Below the pieces are notes generated by a model, which saw only the letters and a list, made by a program, of their open reading frames with translations, ran no database searches and was not told the origin of the DNA. From assembly GCA_035604955.1 (NCBI GenBank), contig DATNHM010000064.1:42362-106361 (forward strand): DNA of 64,000 nucleotides, given 5' to 3'. Both the position numbers and the translations under genes were made by a program. Positions 9,592 to 19,214 of this stretch are shown piece by piece. This DNA is from Candidatus Limnocylindrales bacterium (GTDB taxonomy: Bacteria > Verrucomicrobiota > Verrucomicrobiia > Limisphaerales > UBA11358). The first letter of the stretch is position 1. Each line of letters opens with the position of its first letter.

Positions 9592-11607
9592 ATGCGCAGA
9601 CCAGGATCGGAATCCAAGCACTCACCAGCGAGAGCACAAGCCTTGGGGACGGCTCCGCCGCGCTTTCCGGTGTGGCTGATGGCCGTCTTGCTGGGATTGA
9701 CGACCCTGGCCCTTTACTGGCCGGTGCTGCGCCATGAGTTTGTCAACTACGATGATCAGGCCTACGTCACCGAGAATCTTCAGGTCCAACAGGGGTTAAC
9801 CTGGGAAAACCTGAAATGGGCATTCGTTGCGCCTGTGATGGCCAATTGGCATCCGTTGACGATGGTGTCGCACATGCTGGACTGCCAGCTTTTCGGATTG
9901 AAGCCGTGGGGACACCACCTGACCAGCGTATTGCTGCACGCGCTCAACACGGTGCTGGTCTTCCTGTTTCTGCGCGGTCTGACCGGAGCGTTCTGGCGGA
10001 GCGCGCTGGTGGCGGCTTTGTTTGGGTGGCACCCGCTGCATGTGGAATCGGTGGCTTGGGTGGCGGAACGAAAGGATGTGTTAAGTGGCTGTTTTAGTCT
10101 GCTGGCGCTCATTTTTTACGGCCGGTACGCGCACAGGCGGTCGAGCGGCGAGTGCCAGGAGCCAATCGCAAAACCGGCACCAGGCCGCGCCCTTGGGCCG
10201 TTGATGCGGGACTACGGGCTGGCTCTGCTCTTCTTCGCGTTGGGTTTGATGAGCAAGCCGATGCTGGTGACGTGGCCATTCGTCCTGTTGTTGCTGGATT
10301 ACTGGCCGTTGAATCGAATGCGGAAATCAGAATTCGGAATTCGGAATTTCCAAAGGTTGTTGGTGGAAAAAGTTCCGTTTTTTACACTTTCCGCCGCGTC
10401 GTGCGTCGTCACCTATGCGGTGCAACGGCAGGCAGGCGCCATGACGGCGGGCGAACACCTGCCACTGGCTGCGCGCGGCGCGAACGCTTTGATTTCCTAC
10501 TGCCGCTACCTGGGGAAGCTGTGCTGTCCGACGGATCTGGCGGTGTTCTATCCGTATCGTGGGAATTGGCCGCTGGTGGAGGTGCTGCTGGCCGGCGGGT
10601 TGATCATGGGCCTTTCAGCGCTGCTTTTTGTGAAGAGACGGCGCTATCCATTTATGCCGATGGGGTGGCTGTGGTTTATCGGGACTTTGGTGCCGGTAAT
10701 TGGTTTGGTTCAGGTCGGCGGACAAGCGATGGCGGATCGGTACAGTTATCTTCCGTCAGTCGGACTTTTCATTCTGGTAATCTGGGGTGCGTATGAACTC
10801 ACCCTGCGTTGGCGGCATCAGGGTATGGCGTTGTCTGTGGCCGGTTCAGCGGCGCTCGTCGCATGCCTGGTGTTGACGCGGCAACAACTCGGCTATTGGA
10901 CGGACAGCGCAACGCTTTTTCGGCATGCACTCGCCGTCACGGAGAACAATTGGCTTGCCCACATCAAACTCGGCACCGCCCTCGTCAGGAAAGGCCAACT
11001 CGACGAGGCCGTCAGCCAATTTCAGGAAGCCCTCCGACTGAATCCGGACTACTTCGATGCGCTGGACAATCTGGGTTACGCTCTTGCCGCCAAGGGCAAG
11101 TTCGGTGAGGCTATCGAGGACTATCACATGGCCATCCAGATTGATTCAAACCGCCCCGAACCATTCCTTCATTTGGGCGTGGCACTTGGCCAACTGGGTC
11201 GCACCCGGGAAGCGGTTGTCCAATACCAGACGGCGCTGAGATTGAATCCCAACCTGGCGGGAGCGCTGAACAACCTGGCTTGGGCGCTGGCCACCAGTCC
11301 CGATGCGGTGCTTCGCAATGGGACCGAGGCGGTGCGTCTGGCTGAACACGCGTGTGAACTGACTCATGATAGCGAACCCTTGTTCGTTGGGACGTTGGCG
11401 GCGGCTTACGCCGAAGCTGGTCGTTTCCCCGAAGCGGTGGCCACAGCGGAAAAGGCGGAGCAACTCGCCACCGCCGCTGGTCAGTCGGCTGTGGCAGCGA
11501 AAAACCGGCAACTGCTCGGGCTTTACCAGGCCGGCAAACCTTATCATGAATCCTCGCCGGCAGCGTCATCATCTGTCCCAATGCCCTCACACAGCACGGA
11601 ACGGTGA
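9592..11607 (+). CDS. TMTC-like polytopic membrane protein with C-terminal TPR repeats (DUF1736-type putative glycosyltransferase)
   Basis: Multi-TM N-terminus with WHPLHVESVAWVAERKDVL motif; C-terminal TPRs (AHIKLGTALVRKGQLDEAVSQFQEALRLNPDY...). Confidence 0.75.
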   Translation: MRRPGSESKHSPARAQALGTAPPRFPVWLMAVLLGLTTLALYWPVLRHEFVNYDDQAYVTENLQVQQGLTWENLKWAFVAPVMANWHPLTMVSHMLDCQLFGLKPWGHHLTSVLLHALNTVLVFLFLRGLTGAFWRSALVAALFGWHPLHVESVAWVAERKDVLSGCFSLLALIFYGRYAHRRSSGECQEPIAKPAPGRALGPLMRDYGLALLFFALGLMSKPMLVTWPFVLLLLDYWPLNRMRKSEFGIRNFQRLLVEKVPFFTLSAASCVVTYAVQRQAGAMTAGEHLPLAARGANALISYCRYLGKLCCPTDLAVFYPYRGNWPLVEVLLAGGLIMGLSALLFVKRRRYPFMPMGWLWFIGTLVPVIGLVQVGGQAMADRYSYLPSVGLFILVIWGAYELTLRWRHQGMALSVAGSAALVACLVLTRQQLGYWTDSATLFRHALAVTENNWLAHIKLGTALVRKGQLDEAVSQFQEALRLNPDYFDALDNLGYALAAKGKFGEAIEDYHMAIQIDSNRPEPFLHLGVALGQLGRTREAVVQYQTALRLNPNLAGALNNLAWALATSPDAVLRNGTEAVRLAEHACELTHDSEPLFVGTLAAAYAEAGRFPEAVATAEKAEQLATAAGQSAVAAKNRQLLGLYQAGKPYHESSPAASSSVPMPSHSTER

Positions 11608-11713
11608 TTGGAAAAGCAAGGCTCCACCTGCCACCGCAGCAAGCGCCCACGCAAAGAAGAAACCTCAACCGCCTGCTTGACATTCAACCTTTAACTCTCA
11701 ACCCTCAAACGAA

Positions 11714-12079
11714 ATGCAGGCCTTTCAAATTATCTTCACCCCGACCAGCGCCGCCGAACTGGCGCGGATGCCCAAGGAACTGCAGCTGCAAATCCTCGGC
11801 GATTTCCACGGCCTGCCGCAACAGGTGCGCGGCACGGAACTGGATGAGTTCGGCAAATTGGAACGCGGCGGGCGCATCCTGCACCGGTTTCGCGTGGGCG
11901 ATTACCGCGTCTATTTTGAGCGGCACGAACTGGGCGTGCTGGTGCACCGGATCCTCAGCCGGCACACGCTCAAGGATTTCTATTTCCGTTCCGGCCTCAA
12001 GACGGCCGAGGATGAAGCGCTTCAGGAAAATCCCAAATTTTGGGAATTGATTGAAGCGGCGAAGACTTCCGCGAAATAA
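11714..12079 (+). CDS. RelE/ParE-superfamily toxin-like protein with C-terminal extension
   Basis: The HRFRVGDYRVYFERHELGVLVHRILSR core resembles RelE/ParE; no adjacent antitoxin ORF seen. Confidence 0.5.
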   Translation: MQAFQIIFTPTSAAELARMPKELQLQILGDFHGLPQQVRGTELDEFGKLERGGRILHRFRVGDYRVYFERHELGVLVHRILSRHTLKDFYFRSGLKTAEDEALQENPKFWELIEAAKTSAK

Positions 12080-12189
12080 AGATTCTGCACATGGTGACGA
12101 TGCGGCGACGGCGCCTTGAATTGGGCCCGCCTTTGGGATTCCATTGAAATGGCTTGACGCCGCCTGGCGGTTATGGGAAATTTCCCGTG

Positions 12190-12435
12190 ATGACGACAAT
12201 AGCCAAAGCGGACAAGAGCCGGCTGACGATCCGGGGATTGATTGATGGACACCAATACATCGTGCGCGAGCAACCCGGTGGCTGGTTCATCACGCCTGAA
12301 AAAAAACATCGGGTCAAAAAAAACGGCCTGAGCGCGGATGCCTTCGCAAAACTCTACGAAGCGCGCAAGCCTTTGGATGCCAGCACCGCGCGTGAAATCT
12401 CCGCCAACCTTGCCGCCATTGACCGGGCCAAATGA
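12190..12435 (+). CDS. AbrB/SpoVT-type antitoxin (VapB-like)
   Basis: MTTIAKADKSRLTIRGL...GGWFITPE swapped-hairpin-like N-terminus; ATGA overlap with the downstream PIN gene. Confidence 0.6.
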   Translation: MTTIAKADKSRLTIRGLIDGHQYIVREQPGGWFITPEKKHRVKKNGLSADAFAKLYEARKPLDASTAREISANLAAIDRAK

Positions 12436-12845
12436 GGATCCTCGTTGACACTTCCCTGCTCGTGGAAGGTGAACGGCGGAATTTTAACCTGGGCAAATGG
12501 GTCGCGGCGGGGCGGCATGAGGTCTTAATCTGCGATGCGACGATTGCCGAATACATCGCGGGCAAGCCGCTGAAAGACGCCGGCAAGGAGCAACGCTGGC
12601 AGGATTATTGGGACTCGTTCGTTTCGCTTTTGGTTTCCGTGCCGCTGGATCACCAGGTTTGTCAAAAAGCCGGGGAATTGCTCGCCGAAGCGCGGCGCAC
12701 AGGAACAACCGTGCCGCTGGGTGACGGCTTGCACGCTGCGGTTGCCGATCTGGAAGATTTGACCGTCGCCACAGTTGACCTCGCCCACTTCAAGGCGCTT
12801 CACGTCCGCGCCGTTAATCCGTTGAAATCTCTTTCCGCACGTTGA
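12432..12845 (+). CDS. vapC: PIN-domain ribonuclease toxin (VapC-like)
   Basis: MRILVDTSLLVEGERR N-terminus, acidic residues spaced as in a PIN fold, 4-nt overlap with the upstream antitoxin. Confidence 0.8.
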   Translation: MRILVDTSLLVEGERRNFNLGKWVAAGRHEVLICDATIAEYIAGKPLKDAGKEQRWQDYWDSFVSLLVSVPLDHQVCQKAGELLAEARRTGTTVPLGDGLHAAVADLEDLTVATVDLAHFKALHVRAVNPLKSLSAR

Positions 12846-12926
12846 GATGAGTCGAAATCCGCACCGGCAGCCACGGGTGTATTGAGAATCCAGAGCGTGC
12901 CGGCAAGCTGCCGGCGCTCCCGGGCA

Positions 12927-13469
12927 TTAAATTGCAAAATCGCTGAGCTGGGCCTCGGCGAGTTCCAGGATGGACGTGTAACAGCCCTCCACGTTTTGCG
13001 CCACGGTATCTATGAAGTTTTCGCGCTCCTGCGGCCGGGGAACTTCAAAGGGATAACTCAACAAATTCTGGACGTTCCCAGCCTTTGCCCGCTGATAAAG
13101 TCCCTTGGGATCGCGCGCGACGCAGACGTCCATTGGCGCATGGATATAAATCCAAACCAACCGGTTGCCTAAAATCCCGGACACGACATCCCGTTGACGG
13201 TGCTCCGGGGCCATGGTGGCGACGACCACGTTCATCCCCTGTTCGAGCGCCAGCTTGGCCACCTCGGCGATGCGCCGGTGATTTTCCAGCCTGGCTTCTG
13301 TGGAGAATCCCAGGTCGGAGGAAAGGCCGGACCGCATGTCGTCTCCATCCAGAAAAAAAACCGGTATGTCCCGGTCGGCAAACCCGCTGCGCAGTTTCCG
13401 CGCCAGAGTGGTTTTACCCGCGCCGCTACGCCCGAACAGCCAGAATACCTTCGTGATTTTCACACCCAA
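12927..13469 (-). CDS. cysC: adenylyl-sulfate (APS) kinase
   Basis: P-loop GRSGAGKTTLA, then LDGDDMRSGLSSDLGFS..ARLENHRRIAEVAKL and ARDPKGLYQRAKAG, canonical CysC motifs. Confidence 0.85.
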   Translation of the reverse strand: MGVKITKVFWLFGRSGAGKTTLARKLRSGFADRDIPVFFLDGDDMRSGLSSDLGFSTEARLENHRRIAEVAKLALEQGMNVVVATMAPEHRQRDVVSGILGNRLVWIYIHAPMDVCVARDPKGLYQRAKAGNVQNLLSYPFEVPRPQERENFIDTVAQNVEGCYTSILELAEAQLSDFAI

Positions 13470-13509
13470 GTGTGAAATGGAAGCGTTTCTCCGTCAAGAA
13501 AGAAGGCGG

Positions 13510-13664
13510 GAGACAGAGGCCGGATGACAGAGGTCAGAGGTCAGCAGGGGCAGAAGTCACGAGATCGCGCAGAATATGCGCTTTACGAGGCGTTCCCGAT
13601 TCAGACGTCCTCAAATCGTATATCGTAAATTGTAAATACCGGGACTCCTTACGTCGTCCCCTAC
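13510..13664. repeat. composite repeat: (GACAGAG/GTCAGAG) array, (TTTACGA)/(TCGTAAA)-type heptamer hairpin, REP-A half
   Basis: gagacagaggccggatgacagaggtcagaggtcagcagg; agaatatgcgctttacgag ... caaatcgtatatcgtaaattgtaaatac; ggactccttacgtcgtcccctac (13642..13664). Confidence 0.7.
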
Positions 13665-13720
13665 TATTCAAAAGAGAGGCTTGCGCGGGAGCCGATGGCA
13701 TTTATGATTATCTGGCCATC

Positions 13721-15271
13721 ATGAAGTTGAAGCGCCCACAGTTGGTCCCCAACAGCTCCGTGGCCCGAATGCTCCAAACGGCCGATCAAGCCTGGGAACG
13801 CCGCGATTTCCAGCAATGCTTTGAGCAGATGGAACGCGCCAGTCGTTTGGACCCGGCCAATGCCAGGATACTGCTGATCCTGGGCCAGCGATACGGATTG
13901 CGTTACGATTATGCCGCCGCCGAACGCTGCTTTGACAAGGCTCTGCGCGTGGCCATACGGAAGACCGACGCGCTGGCGGCTGCGTGCCGGCTGTGCGCAA
14001 ATTTTGTCAACCCCAAACTGCCCGAACGGTATTTTCAAAAGGCCCTGGAACAAAACAATGCGACGCCGGAAACCTTCGCCACAGTGGCGGAGTTCTACGA
14101 AGGCGTGCGGCGCGTTGAAGAGGCATCCAAATTGTTGGACCGGGCGTTGCAGTTGGATGCCAACTGTGCTTTGGCCCGCCTGACCCGCGCGCGGCTGAAC
14201 CGCAACGCAGGACATCTGGAGGAAGCCGAACAGATTTTGCGCCCCATTCTGGCCACCGCGGAGCCGCAGGTCCGGATCCGGGGGTATTATGAGCTGGGCG
14301 CCATTCTGGATCGGCAAGGGCGCTACGACGAGGCGATGGCGGCGTTTTTGGAAGCCAAGGCGATTTTGCTGGCGAAGAACCAACCGTTGCTCGACCAGGC
14401 GCGCACGCATCGCCTCCTCATGAAGACGTTGTGGGCCGACTATACGGCCGAAGCCATGCAACGCTGGTTTGATCTGGGCCCGGAACTCCAACCGCTCCGG
14501 CGCCTGGCGTTCCTGGGCGGCCATCCGCGTTCGGGAACCACTTTGTTGGAACAAGTGCTGGATTCGCACCCGGACGTTGTTTCAGCCGAAGAAACGCACG
14601 TTTTTGTGGACGATGTATACATGCCGCTTCGATCCAGGCTGCCGGGAAGCCCGCCGATGTTTGCCATTCTGGAAGCCGCACAGACGGATGCCTTGCAACA
14701 GTGCCGCGCCGGATATTTCCACTCCATGGAACTGTGCTTGAGCCAACCGATTGGCGACCGGCTGCTGGTTGACAAGAATCCTCCCATAACCCTTTACCTG
14801 CCGGCCCTGATCCGGGCATTTCCCGAAATCAAAATTTTGTTTGCCTTGCGGGATCCGCGGGACGTGGTGCTGAGTTGTTTCATGCAATCCTATCTGCCGG
14901 TGACGCTTCCGACCGTATCCTATCTGAGCCTCGAAGAGACGACTGAAGGTTACACGTACTTGTGCGAGGAATGGGGGCTTTTTTCGTCCATGATGAAAAA
15001 CGCCTGGCTGAAAGTGCGCTATGAAGACATGGTGGCGGATTTGGAAACAGTGTCCCGGCGCGTATTGGATTTTCTGGGAGTGTCCTGGGACCCGTCGGTA
15101 CTGCGTTTTGATGAACATGCCCGGGGCAAAACAGTGCGCACTCCGACCTATGCCGACGTGACCCAGCCGGTCTATAGACGCGCCCAGGGCCGCTGGCGGA
15201 ATTATCAGAAATATCTCGAACCGTGTTTGCCCAAACTGGAGCCTTTTGTAAAGGCATTGGGATATGAATGA
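13721..15271 (+). CDS. TPR-repeat sulfotransferase, paralog 1
   Basis: The start at 13721 (MKLKRPQL) aligns with the other paralogs. N-terminal TPR half; C-terminal half has the PAPS 5'-PSB motif GGHPRSGTTLLEQVLDSHPD and the 3'-PB motif LRDPRDVVLSCF. Confidence 0.85.
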   Translation: MKLKRPQLVPNSSVARMLQTADQAWERRDFQQCFEQMERASRLDPANARILLILGQRYGLRYDYAAAERCFDKALRVAIRKTDALAAACRLCANFVNPKLPERYFQKALEQNNATPETFATVAEFYEGVRRVEEASKLLDRALQLDANCALARLTRARLNRNAGHLEEAEQILRPILATAEPQVRIRGYYELGAILDRQGRYDEAMAAFLEAKAILLAKNQPLLDQARTHRLLMKTLWADYTAEAMQRWFDLGPELQPLRRLAFLGGHPRSGTTLLEQVLDSHPDVVSAEETHVFVDDVYMPLRSRLPGSPPMFAILEAAQTDALQQCRAGYFHSMELCLSQPIGDRLLVDKNPPITLYLPALIRAFPEIKILFALRDPRDVVLSCFMQSYLPVTLPTVSYLSLEETTEGYTYLCEEWGLFSSMMKNAWLKVRYEDMVADLETVSRRVLDFLGVSWDPSVLRFDEHARGKTVRTPTYADVTQPVYRRAQGRWRNYQKYLEPCLPKLEPFVKALGYE

Positions 15272-15280
15272 TCAAATTGG

Positions 15281-15455
15281 CCGAGGGACGAGAGTCGAGC
15301 GTCGAGAGCAGAAGCAGATACGATATGCGATCGGGGATTTACGAGCTTATTAACGGTGGGGCGAGCGTCCTCGCAAGCCGCAACACCTTTTGCCAAAGCC
15401 GGCTCGTCAGTAGCCTCGCCCCACCACAAATCGAATATCGTAAATCGAAAATGAC
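15281..15455. repeat. composite repeat: (GTCGAGR) array, heptamer hairpin with a REP-B palindrome nested in its loop
   Basis: ccgagggacgagagtcgagcgtcgagag; atacgatatgcgatcggggatttacgag; GGTGGGGCGAGCGTCCTCGCAAGCCG...CGGCTCGTCAGTAGCCTCGCCCCACC (15355..15425); aaatcgaatatcgtaaatcgaaaatgac. Confidence 0.75.
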
Positions 15456-15458
15456 AGC

Positions 15459-17003
15459 ATGAAACGAACGCAACTGGTTTCCCAGGGCTCGATCGCCCGT
15501 ATGCTGCAAGCCGCCAATGACGCGATACAGCGGCGAAACTTTCGGGAAGCGGCTGAAATCCTGGAACGCGCCAGCCGCCTGGACCCCGGCAATCCCGGCA
15601 TCCTCATGCAGTCAGGGAGCGCATGCGGAAGACACTATGACTACGCGGCTGCCGAACGCTGTTTTGAAAAGGCCGTTCGCCTCGCTTCCCGGAAGGCGGA
15701 AGCGCTCGCGGCGGCAGGCCAGCTTTGCAGTGATTTCGCCAATTATGAGATGGCCGAACACTACCTGCGGCGTGCCGTGGAGCAAAACGGCGCCACGCCG
15801 GAAATGAAGGTCAGGCTGGCGGAAGTCTATGAACGGTTGCGACGCCTGCCGGAGGCTGCCGCCCTGGTGGAACGGGTTTTGCAACGGGACAATACGTTTG
15901 GGCCGGCCCTGTTTTTGCAGGCCAAATTGGACCGCCAGGCCAACCGTTTGGAGCAGGCAGAAAGCCGGCTCCGCGAGTTGGCGGCCAAATCCGAACCGTC
16001 TCTCTGCGTGCGCAGTTGGTATGAACTGGGCGGAGTGTTGGACAAGCAGAAACGTTACGACGAAGCCATGTCGGCATTCCTGGTGGCCAAGTCGCTGTTG
16101 CGTCCCCAGTCCGCCGGCCCCATCGCGCAACTGCAAACGGTTCGTGGACGTCTTAAAACGATGCAAGCCGCCCTTTCCGCCGAACTGTTCCAGCGCTGGT
16201 TTGATGGCGGCCAGGCATTGGCGCCGATTCGCCGGCTGGCCTTGCTGGGCGGCCATCCCCGCTCCGGCACGACGCTGCTGGAAAAAGTGGTGGATTCGCA
16301 CCCGGACATCATCTCTGCCGAAGAAACACCCATTTTTCACGATGAGGCCTGCTCCCCCCTCACGCAAGGCATGATGGAAAATGCCTCCACGCTGTCCGTG
16401 GCCGAGTCGGCCACCGCCGACACCTTGCGCCAGTCGCGAGAACGCTATTTCGAGACCATGGGAATGTTTCTGGGCCAGCCGATTGGCAATCGGCTGTTGC
16501 TGGACAAGAACCCGTCGCTCACGTTCATGATTCCCATCCTGGTCCGTGTCTTCCCGGAAATCAAATTTCTCATCGCCTTGCGCGACCCGCGCGACGTGGT
16601 TCTAAGTTGTTTTATGCTGCCCCTGGTGCCGCTCAACCAGACCGCGGCCGCTTATTTAAGTCTGGAAAGCACCGTCGAGGAATACACCGCCTTGATGGGT
16701 GTTTGGCGGACCGTGGCGCCGCTAATGAAAAATGCCTGGCTCGAAGTGCGCTACGAGGACATGGTTAACGATTTGGAATCCGTGGCGCGACGGGCTCTCG
16801 ATTTCCTCGGAGTTTCCTGGGACCCTGCCGTATTGAAATTTGACGAACACGCCCGACAAACTGTTGTCCGTTCGCCGACCTACGCGGACGTAACCAGGCC
16901 GGTTTTTAAAACGGCCATCGCCCGCTGGCGGAATTATCGGAAATATCTGGAGCCGCACCTGCCCAGGCTCGAGCCGTTCGTCAAGGCCTTTGGGTACGAA
17001 TAA
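15459..17003 (+). CDS. TPR-repeat sulfotransferase, paralog 2
   Basis: 514 aa; GGHPRSGTTLLEKVVDSHPD and LRDPRDVVLSCF motifs; collinear with paralogs 1, 3 and 4. Confidence 0.85.
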   Translation: MKRTQLVSQGSIARMLQAANDAIQRRNFREAAEILERASRLDPGNPGILMQSGSACGRHYDYAAAERCFEKAVRLASRKAEALAAAGQLCSDFANYEMAEHYLRRAVEQNGATPEMKVRLAEVYERLRRLPEAAALVERVLQRDNTFGPALFLQAKLDRQANRLEQAESRLRELAAKSEPSLCVRSWYELGGVLDKQKRYDEAMSAFLVAKSLLRPQSAGPIAQLQTVRGRLKTMQAALSAELFQRWFDGGQALAPIRRLALLGGHPRSGTTLLEKVVDSHPDIISAEETPIFHDEACSPLTQGMMENASTLSVAESATADTLRQSRERYFETMGMFLGQPIGNRLLLDKNPSLTFMIPILVRVFPEIKFLIALRDPRDVVLSCFMLPLVPLNQTAAAYLSLESTVEEYTALMGVWRTVAPLMKNAWLEVRYEDMVNDLESVARRALDFLGVSWDPAVLKFDEHARQTVVRSPTYADVTRPVFKTAIARWRNYRKYLEPHLPRLEPFVKAFGYE

Positions 17004-17054
17004 TTTTTAACCGCAAAGAACGCATAGAACACAAAGCACTTCACCACCTCTTTT

Positions 17055-17465
17055 ATGAAAGACATGACATCGTTGAGCGACCAAATCCGGCAGACGGCGT
17101 ATGACATTCATGTTTACCATGGGCACGGTCATTTGGAGAAAGTGTATAAAAATGCGCTGGCGCATAGGCTACGGAAGGCCGGCTTGGACGTAAAGCAGCA
17201 GCATCCGCTCAAAGTGTTTGACGAGGATGGAACGCTGATTGGTGACTATCTGGCGGACCTGCTGGTGGAAGGAAAATTGATTATTGAATTGAAGACCGCC
17301 AAGGCGTTGGCTGCCGAACATGAAGCGCAAATCCTCGGCTACTTGAAATCGGCGCGCTTGGAGCACGGTTTGCTGATCAATTTCGGTTCTTACAAGTTTG
17401 AAATCCGCAAGTTCGCCTGGAATGAGAATCAATCGCGAAGAACGCAGAGAATCCCCGACTTTTAA
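17055..17465 (+). CDS. GxxExxY protein (PD-(D/E)XK-like family, often found with IVS-type cassettes)
   Basis: GHLEKVY fits GxxExxY; DLLVEGKLIIELK is a nuclease-like core. The gene is bounded by TTAACCGCAAAGARCGCA inverted repeats (17007..17037 / 17465..17497). Confidence 0.8.
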   Translation: MKDMTSLSDQIRQTAYDIHVYHGHGHLEKVYKNALAHRLRKAGLDVKQQHPLKVFDEDGTLIGDYLADLLVEGKLIIELKTAKALAAEHEAQILGYLKSARLEHGLLINFGSYKFEIRKFAWNENQSRRTQRIPDF

Positions 17466-17528
17466 TTCTCTGCGTTCTTTGCGCTCTTTGCGGTTAAATG
17501 AAGGGAAGCAATCGAGAATGATGAACGC

Positions 17529-19073
17529 ATGAAACGGCCACAATTAATCGCTCCCGGCTCGCTCAACCGGATGCTGCAAGAGGCAAACGAAGCCTGGGGA
17601 CGCTGTGACTACCAGCAAAGTTTTGAGTTGCTGGAACGCGCCAGTCGTTTGGATCCGGCCAATACCCGGATCCTGATGCAGTTGGGCCAGTCTTACGGGC
17701 GGCGTTACGATTATGCCGCGGCCGAGCGCTGTTTTGACAAAGCGGTGCGCGTGGCGACAAGAAAAGCCGAGGCACTGGCCGCCGCGGGCCAATTATGCGC
17801 CGATTTTCCCAGCCATCATCTGGCGGAACGATACTATCGGCAGGCGTTAACGCAGAAAGACGTGCCGCCGGAAACGTTCGTCCGATTGGCCGAACTCTGC
17901 GAACGTCTGCGCCGCACCGAAGAAGCCGCCGGGCTGGTGGAGCGGGCATTGGATTTGGACGCCAACTGCGCCTTGGCCCTCCTGACCCAGGCCAGGTTAA
18001 GTCGTCAGGCCGGAAATTTGGAGGAAGCAGAAAAGATTCTTCGCCCGGTCCTGGGATCAGCGCAGCGCGAGATGCGCGTACGTGGTTACTACGAACTGGG
18101 CGCGGTTCTGGACCGCCAGAGGCGCTACGATGAAGCCATGACAGCATTGCTCGAAGCCAAAAAACCGCTGGCCCCCGATGCACCGCCACTTCTGGCAGAG
18201 ATGAAGGTCGTCCGGGCACATGTGCGCCAGATGCTGGACACCCTCTCTGCCGATACAATGCGGCGTTGGTCCGAACGTGACACCGTTCTTGAGCCGCCAC
18301 TCCGGCTCTCCTTATTGTGCGGCCATCCCCGTGCCGGCACAACCTTGCTCGAACAAGTGCTCGACTCGCATCCTGACATCGTCTCAGCGGAAGAAACCGA
18401 GATTTTTCAGGTTGACGCCTATCGTCTGCTGGGACGTAATCTGCCTCCGGATGCGCCCATGCTGACCCTTCTGGATGGCGCACAGGCCGGGACTTTACAG
18501 CAGGCGCGGAAATGCTATTTAACCACAATGTCATCGCTGCTCGGCCAGCCGGTCGGCGCCCGCCTGTTGATTGACAAAAATCCCTCCTACAATGTCCTGA
18601 TTCCGGCGTTTGTTCGCATCTTTCCCGAAACCAGGTTCCTGGTCGCCTTGCGCGATCCCCGGGATATCTGCCTGAGCTGTTTTATGCAGGCGTACGTGCC
18701 ATTGACCAGGGCCAGCGCTCCCTGCATCACCCTGGAGAACACGGTGGAACTCTACCTCTGGCTGATGGGCACATGGCAGACGCTGAAGCCGCTGCTAAAA
18801 AATCCCTGGCTCGAAGTGCGCTATGAAGACATGGTGGAAAATCTGGAACTGTCCGCGCGCAAAACTTTGGATTTCCTCGGCGTCGCCTGGAACCCGGAGG
18901 TGCTAAAGTTTCACGCACATGCCCGGCAGAAAATGGTGCGCACACCCACTTACGCTGACGTGACCCAGCCGGTGTATAAACGCGCCGTCGGCCGCTGGCG
19001 GAATTATCAGAAATATTTCGAGCCGCATCTGGAAAAGCTCGAACCACTCGTGAAGGCGTTTGGGTATGAATAG
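17529..19073 (+). CDS. TPR-repeat sulfotransferase, paralog 3
   Basis: 514 aa; CGHPRAGTTLLEQVLDSHPD and LRDPRDICLSCF motifs. Confidence 0.85.
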   Translation: MKRPQLIAPGSLNRMLQEANEAWGRCDYQQSFELLERASRLDPANTRILMQLGQSYGRRYDYAAAERCFDKAVRVATRKAEALAAAGQLCADFPSHHLAERYYRQALTQKDVPPETFVRLAELCERLRRTEEAAGLVERALDLDANCALALLTQARLSRQAGNLEEAEKILRPVLGSAQREMRVRGYYELGAVLDRQRRYDEAMTALLEAKKPLAPDAPPLLAEMKVVRAHVRQMLDTLSADTMRRWSERDTVLEPPLRLSLLCGHPRAGTTLLEQVLDSHPDIVSAEETEIFQVDAYRLLGRNLPPDAPMLTLLDGAQAGTLQQARKCYLTTMSSLLGQPVGARLLIDKNPSYNVLIPAFVRIFPETRFLVALRDPRDICLSCFMQAYVPLTRASAPCITLENTVELYLWLMGTWQTLKPLLKNPWLEVRYEDMVENLELSARKTLDFLGVAWNPEVLKFHAHARQKMVRTPTYADVTQPVYKRAVGRWRNYQKYFEPHLEKLEPLVKAFGYE

Positions 19074-19074
19074 G

Positions 19075-19187
19075 TAGGGCGGGCAATCCCTTGCACGCCG
19101 GTTGTGGTTGGATGATGGCGGCGCGCACGGAGTGACGCGCCCTACCGGGTTTACGGATCACGGCACGCGCGGAGCGGAGCGCCCTAC
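19075..19187. repeat. cluster of GTAGGGCG-headed REP-like palindromes
   Basis: gtagggcgggcaatcccttgcacgcc; ...gcgcacggagtgacgcgccctac; ...gcgcggagcggagcgccctac. Confidence 0.65.
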
Positions 19188-19214
19188 CGACAAATCGCGC
19201 GCCTGACTCCGAAT

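Noticed and set aside
13664-18534. Long minus-strand ORFs (13664..14569, 15612..16367, 17563..18534) opposite the sulfotransferase genes.
   Set aside because: These are shadow ORFs. Each mirrors a paralog with clear motifs on the plus strand, and their translations are Arg/Gly/Pro-rich without motifs.
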